NCBI GenBank assembly: GCA_004764695.1
Contig: SMSO01000007.1
Location: 1,247,270 to 1,311,269, forward strand
Length of the DNA: 64,000 nucleotides
Source of the DNA: Schizochytrium sp. TIO01
Lineage: Eukaryota > Protista > Bigyra: Labyrinthulomycetes
Direction: 5' to 3'
Below the pieces are notes generated by a model, which was given only the letters and a program-made list of their open reading frames with translations, had not been told where the DNA came from and made no database searches. Positions 59,401-64,000 of this stretch are shown here, in pieces. The position numbers and the translations under genes are program-made. The stretch's first letter is position 1. The number at the start of each line of letters is the position of its first letter.

Positions 59401-62007
59401 GTTATCGCTGATCCTGAAGTTGAACATCGCATGCAGGTTATCCAGGGTCCTCCGGAAAAGGAAGGAGTGCTTGAGTGCTCTGCAATCTCAAATGCTCGTC
59501 TTCTCGTCGTTTCGGTTGTAGGCCGCGACGTAGCAGCTCGTTACGCAGCTAATGCCGAACCCATGGATGCAGATGCGTCATTGGCTTGTCATATGCGTTG
59601 CCTTATTGGATCGGCTGGTGTGCAAACACAAATTCACTTCCGTCGTATTGCAAAGCTTGTGCTTAGTGGACCAACCAAGCTTCGCGAGGGCCAAAAATCA
59701 GAGCTCTTCATGCAAGCCTTCAGTCGTGAAAATGACCCCTTCTCAGCTACAATGCTTCAATCCTTGGTTCCTGCGCTCGAGGCAAGTCCACCCAACGCCA
59801 TTTCGTTCCCAGCTGTGATTTCGGATGCTCGTTGTGTAGCTAGCAGTAAAGTTAAGGATGCTCGAGCTTGCGCTGGTGAATGGCATATTCCAGTCACCGG
59901 AACACATTCCAGCGAGGTTTTGCTTCGTGGCAGCATAATGCATGGATCTGTTTCCGTGGACTACAAGATTCGCGTATACAAGGGTGTGGAAATTGTTCCA
60001 GGACCTGAAAAAACCGTTGCACCAGGTGTCAAATTTCGCTTGCACAGGCGTTTTGGTCCTTTTATTGATCCAACTGAGTGCCACTTCGAGGTCAGCAGCG
60101 AGACTGCTTTGGAGATCCTTGACGAACACCGCGGTTTGTTTATGGCCAAATCACCTGGCAATTCAAAGGCATGTGTGGTATGTCGTGAAGATGGCGAAAC
60201 TATTGACAAAGCCTGTATTGATGTTTATGTGAAGGTCCTCAGCGCAATGAAGATTGAGCCTTCGCTTGTGCACATTGTGGAAGGTGATGAGATGCGTCTT
60301 CGTGGTATTTTCCCAGAGATCAAGGAGCACCCGGTTGATTATGGTGTCATTCCTCGGGACTTCGTTTGGTCTGTTGAGAATCGTAGTATCGCCGCTATTC
60401 GGGGTCCCTCTTCGCGCAGTGAGTACTCTATTTGGCTCACTGGCTTGAAGCCTGGTACTACACAGATTAACCTCCGTTCTTCTTCTCTTTTGGGTCACGG
60501 CACTTTGGAGACATCAGTTGTTGTTGTCGTTGAGCAAAAACTTAAGCTTTTGGTTCCATCCCAAATTGTCGTCCCCCGAATGGGAAGCTTCCAGGTTCGT
60601 ACTAGCGTAGACTCTATCGTTGCCAAAACTGGCGGCACTCTCTCTTTCTTCGTGGGTGGTCGAGCCTGTCATCATAGAACTGCTGAGAGCAACAATGTTG
60701 TTACTGTTGATGCGGATGGTCTTATTAAGGCCAGTGCGCGCCTTGGCGAGACTCCTATTGTGGTAGAATACCGTAGTCTGGGTGCAGCCAATGAGGATAT
60801 TGTCCAGTTTGCTACTGTGCATGTTGGAGTCCGTGAGATTGCTTTCATTGGTATCCGCGAGTTGTGGCCTGATCTTGTTGTCCCACAGGGTCTTCCGCAT
60901 GTGGTTCATGTCGCATTATACGATCGACAGGGTGAGAAATTCACAGCTCCATTCAACACCGTAGAGGTTTCCGCTGCCTCCTCAGATAGTGATGTCCTTA
61001 CTGTGAAGGACGATGCTTTAGCTTCCAGCCAACACGAGGAGGGCTTGCATCGCCTCGCCATCGAAGGTTTGGCAACTGGAGTCTCCACTTTGTTCTTGTC
61101 CATCAATGCCCCTACGCAGGAGGTGGCTCGTGAGGATTATGTCCGTGTCGCTGTGATCCCTGGTATTGAAGGAGTTAGGTTCTCACTTGAATCTGCCGGA
61201 CCGCATGACTTGCGGACTCTTCTTCTTGTGCCAGGACAGCCCCTGCTGGTTCCCGTTCAAACTATGAACCATCTTAACGTGACAAAGAAGCTGTCATGCG
61301 AGGCTCTCATTGGCACAGACACCCTTACGACAGCCATGAAGGTGTACAATGACTCAAGTGCTGCTTGCCAGATTCTTGTCCCTGCTGGAGCTCACGGCGC
61401 AGACCAAGATCGTTTGGTGCTCAGTTTGAAGATCATGGACCAAGTGATCAGCTCGCAAACTGTGCCGTTCCGATTTGGCTTCCGTCTTGTCCCTGCAGAC
61501 GAAGAATCCTCTCATCATAAGTCGGTTGTTAAGGGTTATCTTCGCTGGGAAGAAGAAGAACACATCGATATTGGCATCCGTGGCGACAACTTGGATTCGA
61601 TCTCTATCGCAAGTGAGCGCCCATCGTTGGTGATTGCGCATCGCCACCCTCACAACAAGAACTTGATTCGCCTTGATCGGCAGCGTAACGACACTTGCGG
61701 GCAGTCTGTCCATATCATTTTTGAGAGTCCTCTGACAGGTCAAGTTACCCCTCTCGTGGTCTTCTTCGCGTGTGAAACCACTTCTTGGTGGCCTCTGCCA
61801 GCCCTTCTGGAGCTCATCAAGTGGCAGTCTGTCATTATTAGCGTTGTCGTTTGCTTGGTTGCTTCTTGTTTATTATGTTCACGATCATCCCGTGGCCCCT
61901 TTAGTCCAAGTGGTGGGCCCCATTTTACTGAAACGGATCGTCCATCAACCATTCCGCGGAGTAGTCGTGACAACGACCTTGGCGCACCAAGTATGTACCG
62001 CTATTAA
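56419..62007 (+). CDS. NUP210: Nuclear pore membrane glycoprotein gp210
   Basis: 1862 aa with signal peptide, GCFRWFS, IRILTTVRRL...VQAFDSEENVFSSLSGLAFEW, GGTGQY, repeated Ig-like beta segments, a single C-terminal TM helix and a short tail. Confidence 0.88.
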   Translation: MQTCQIAPMRHLTGLMILMVVLIAVSIFSHPVAALGGQHSGMAFKTSESGRAETTVISGKSSAHDMDDDESGWRTLGRFRVSDVSLLLPSEKAMRMSTNSEQDADPENLIPVSRVVSARPGCFRWFSGDESIASVTAEPDGQCKQKKTSGSARIVSRHATTNTSSTVVTAFQEDPDTGEEHEINIEVYIAPIHGIRILTTVRRLNLFEAETLLVQAFDSEENVFSSLSGLAFEWTRSHAIDENAQIPLKLYGISHSDVAPSDELVQELYGRFGYKVEIKGVKTGPATVSATLKYVGLGGVESLIMDTVTIDVVDSLAICPPAPILTPSASLQVVGARKVNRNKWSIIEGTGEGRYHWRVEGSPVVEIAEPSGRLQAVELGRGRLVLEEKNYPTNSLSVPIVVVDPDSMFLWFAPVPADMFDEALVSSRSSPCTWLSGGRFPLDTRLPKARFWQRGGGATRWLMVVGRQYYIMATLWSESIASNQMIFVTDEMEFDFEKTKSAQKDAEGGLNFLDTADMTQHFANNVRIVEATRAGFIDLFADFAGSNLQVMQSEVQIVDPVGLNKYLIRLPVDFVSGIMHSYEIQAYGGTGQYLYYADEENSVVDVDRTRGSLLVRQQLFTNQSITVEDMNDNSNFANAFVYVSEPSSLQFQESELYVTIGDSFPLQAILNDMDKQLYDNCTGLDASIKWDVHGNAVAQSSIDGLGDRVNASVCSERWFHAVSAGSTTVIAQYSPKIRASLRIVVLDKVRIVSPEPDLNLDSHGRPVALTMVYASVDMLVIGGKPNDADMQVFSVGEGEKRVALTKDPRREEDYVGISQKPTGDRLSREYKLTCRREGDFEIVLQNTATMVLICRPAERAILSVLPSIEYDGVSCGTGPSAANMVNGYDLPLRLDALDKDGRRFSTLGGLTSTWDFKESTAKDTSAINFAALEHRTLADPMRFVKVASGYTGKVTILGMLHFDDGNVDHKISLPAQFNLGVYQDLALSPAADWPVIADPEVEHRMQVIQGPPEKEGVLECSAISNARLLVVSVVGRDVAARYAANAEPMDADASLACHMRCLIGSAGVQTQIHFRRIAKLVLSGPTKLREGQKSELFMQAFSRENDPFSATMLQSLVPALEASPPNAISFPAVISDARCVASSKVKDARACAGEWHIPVTGTHSSEVLLRGSIMHGSVSVDYKIRVYKGVEIVPGPEKTVAPGVKFRLHRRFGPFIDPTECHFEVSSETALEILDEHRGLFMAKSPGNSKACVVCREDGETIDKACIDVYVKVLSAMKIEPSLVHIVEGDEMRLRGIFPEIKEHPVDYGVIPRDFVWSVENRSIAAIRGPSSRSEYSIWLTGLKPGTTQINLRSSSLLGHGTLETSVVVVVEQKLKLLVPSQIVVPRMGSFQVRTSVDSIVAKTGGTLSFFVGGRACHHRTAESNNVVTVDADGLIKASARLGETPIVVEYRSLGAANEDIVQFATVHVGVREIAFIGIRELWPDLVVPQGLPHVVHVALYDRQGEKFTAPFNTVEVSAASSDSDVLTVKDDALASSQHEEGLHRLAIEGLATGVSTLFLSINAPTQEVAREDYVRVAVIPGIEGVRFSLESAGPHDLRTLLLVPGQPLLVPVQTMNHLNVTKKLSCEALIGTDTLTTAMKVYNDSSAACQILVPAGAHGADQDRLVLSLKIMDQVISSQTVPFRFGFRLVPADEESSHHKSVVKGYLRWEEEEHIDIGIRGDNLDSISIASERPSLVIAHRHPHNKNLIRLDRQRNDTCGQSVHIIFESPLTGQVTPLVVFFACETTSWWPLPALLELIKWQSVIISVVVCLVASCLLCSRSSRGPFSPSGGPHFTETDRPSTIPRSSRDNDLGAPSMYRY

Positions 62008-62595
62008 ATAAATCAAACGGTGCTTAGTAGTAAACACCTTTCTTTTTCTGCGGGGTAAGGCACGAAACAGCAGGTTTCCTAGCGATCTAGTTTCAAAAGC
62101 TTGAGGAGAGGGCCTTCTCGAGCTGGTGTTTTAAAGGACAAATCAATACTTTGCCGTGTCTTGCGCAGATAGATACCTGTGCATGTCCTTCACCTTCACA
62201 CCCCCCCCTCAAACGATTCAAGTCACAGACAAGTTCTGTTCTTCTTTTGTTGTGCATGCTAACCCTATGCATGAAAGATACAGAGCAAAAACTCATACAC
62301 TAATATTTTACAAAAATATTTTAACTAAACTGTTTTAGCGCTTCTTTTTTATATGTACTTTTTCAGGAACCTTTTCTTACAGACTAATCGCAATAGTAGC
62401 TAATGCAAAGGAAAACTGTAATCTTAATATTTGCTATGACACGAGAACGTCAAGTGTTTACAAAACCAACAGAAAGATCAATACACAAATTTGACTTTGC
62501 TTATGCCGAGAACACTTTTCAGAATACTAATGTTTGTAAAGTACAGAAAAAAAAAGAATATAGTGAAAAGAAGAAAGTGATTAACTAAGATATTT

Positions 62596-63999
62596 CTAGT
62601 TTCTAGCAAGGTGAAGTTCACTTTCAAGGGTAGCCACCCTTTCTTCAAGTTTTTTAATACTCTCAACAAGCAATGGAACAAGACGAGAATATTGAACTGC
62701 CAACATATCTTCTTGCGACGATAATCCTGAGTGAGTTGATACCACTTCTGGCACCACGCGTTGAACATCTTGAGCGAGAAACCCAATTTCTCGCTGTGAT
62801 GTCCGAAGGGAAGTTTTAGGTCTGTATGTAACTCCTTGAAGCTGTCGTACTTGCTGCAAAGCAACGTCTCCATCCAGAACAACGATGTCTTCTTTAAGTC
62901 TTGCATCAGATGCTTCCGCGATACCGCCTGCTGAATGGACTCCACCAAAGCCAACATGAAGTTCGCTGATATTATGCAATACAGCTCCATTGATCACTAC
63001 ATTTCGGATGAGATTGCCATTCATCTCGATAGTATCAGACACGTTTAGACCCTGGATACAGCTCATGTGCAAGCACTGTGTCTTCTCATCAAGAACTAGA
63101 GTATTTGCATCGGTTGTAAGAGTTCCATTTGAAGTAAAAAAGGAAGCTCTCAAAAGAGATGAGCTTTCTGGGACACTCTCGTCGGTAGCTAATTTAGTCG
63201 CTCGTAGGCGGCCTGCAGCAAGCTCTACTTCAGATCCAATATGAAGGTCTTTCTCTGCAGTCAAAGAACGAACGCGCTGAAGGTCCATCCCATGCGCTTC
63301 CGGGGCATGCGGACTTTGCCATCGATTTCCATCAAAGATGAACAGGGATACCTGGCCAGGGGTCAAACGAATCATCTTTGGGTCAAGCCCACTTTCCTGG
63401 GTTTGCTTCTTTGACGTTGTTTGTACAAGGAGGTCAATATCTAACATGTTTTGTAACATGAACCAGTCGCCATCTGTTGCTTCTTCTGGAAGAGACATAG
63501 TCGATTCGTCATTATTGTTTTTGGTCGAACTATGTACGCGGATGTATGTAGTTGATTGAGCAACCTCTTCGATGGCATGCCTTCCTACTTCAAATAATCT
63601 AGGCGTAGTTGCTAGTCTTCCAGATACCTCAGCTCTACTTTTTATGCGCAAAGTACCATTGATGGTCACTTCTGTTTCACTCACGTTCATTATCTGAGCG
63701 ATCTGCATTGAATTTGTTTCTGCATCTGCAGTCACAACAAGTGAAGAATTCACAAGCTGGATTGATGATAATCCTGCCAAATTCCCTTCTATCAAAGAGA
63801 CACCTTGAGAAGGCCATACAGACTGGGATGCGTTCACGGAGAAGAATTCCGTACTTTTTAATGGCGTGGTGAAATCAACTTTGCCAAAACTAAAGCTTCC
63901 GTCTCCTAGTTGCACTTGAGTATCGATATGCGACTGCAAACGAAGTGTTTCGTTTGCAAGAATCGATACGCCATCGGTTTCATCAAAGGCAATTTTTCC
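62596..63999 (-). CDS. Phage tail-fibre-like protein with C-terminal peptidase S74 intramolecular chaperone (ICA) domain; 5' end outside window
   Basis: Frame is open to the window edge. SDARLKEDI...IGFLAQDVQRVVPEVV...LAVQYSRLVPLLVESIKKL plus terminal coiled coil is the S74 signature. Confidence 0.9.
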   Translation of the reverse strand, partial: GKIAFDETDGVSILANETLRLQSHIDTQVQLGDGSFSFGKVDFTTPLKSTEFFSVNASQSVWPSQGVSLIEGNLAGLSSIQLVNSSLVVTADAETNSMQIAQIMNVSETEVTINGTLRIKSRAEVSGRLATTPRLFEVGRHAIEEVAQSTTYIRVHSSTKNNNDESTMSLPEEATDGDWFMLQNMLDIDLLVQTTSKKQTQESGLDPKMIRLTPGQVSLFIFDGNRWQSPHAPEAHGMDLQRVRSLTAEKDLHIGSEVELAAGRLRATKLATDESVPESSSLLRASFFTSNGTLTTDANTLVLDEKTQCLHMSCIQGLNVSDTIEMNGNLIRNVVINGAVLHNISELHVGFGGVHSAGGIAEASDARLKEDIVVLDGDVALQQVRQLQGVTYRPKTSLRTSQREIGFLAQDVQRVVPEVVSTHSGLSSQEDMLAVQYSRLVPLLVESIKKLEERVATLESELHLARN

Positions 64000-64000
64000 A

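Overview
This is eukaryotic nuclear DNA that is intron-poor, with AT-rich, microsatellite-containing intergenic regions. Gene content and style suggest a thraustochytrid-like stramenopile, but that is inference. The left 25 kb holds only two co-oriented paralogous NhaC/LysW-family transporter genes, each with a signal peptide and an extra N-terminal domain, separated by about 14 kb without a recognisable gene. That gap carries a recurrent GGGTTGCGCAG motif, short tandem repeats and possible decayed coding remnants. The right 39 kb is gene-dense: bacterial/plant-type adenylosuccinate lyase, an FKBP-TPR co-chaperone, EIPR1/TSSC1, CWC22, RPL26 (one intron), a Cys-rich orphan, a GYSW-repeat protein with an IMP1/IMP2-like domain, SmB, an RNI-like LRR protein, a Ttd14-like P-loop protein, aldose 1-epimerase and NUP210. 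A phage tail-fibre-like protein with an intact peptidase S74 autocleaving chaperone domain runs off the right edge. The most notable items are the S74 fibre protein (rich in N-glycosylation sequons), the IMP-domain/GYSW-repeat protein, the GGGTTGCGCAG motif with 16-bp phasing, and a 16-mer conserved upstream of both transporter paralogues. I found no rRNA, tRNA, CRISPR array or intact mobile element. All family calls come from motif recognition by eye; no searches were run.
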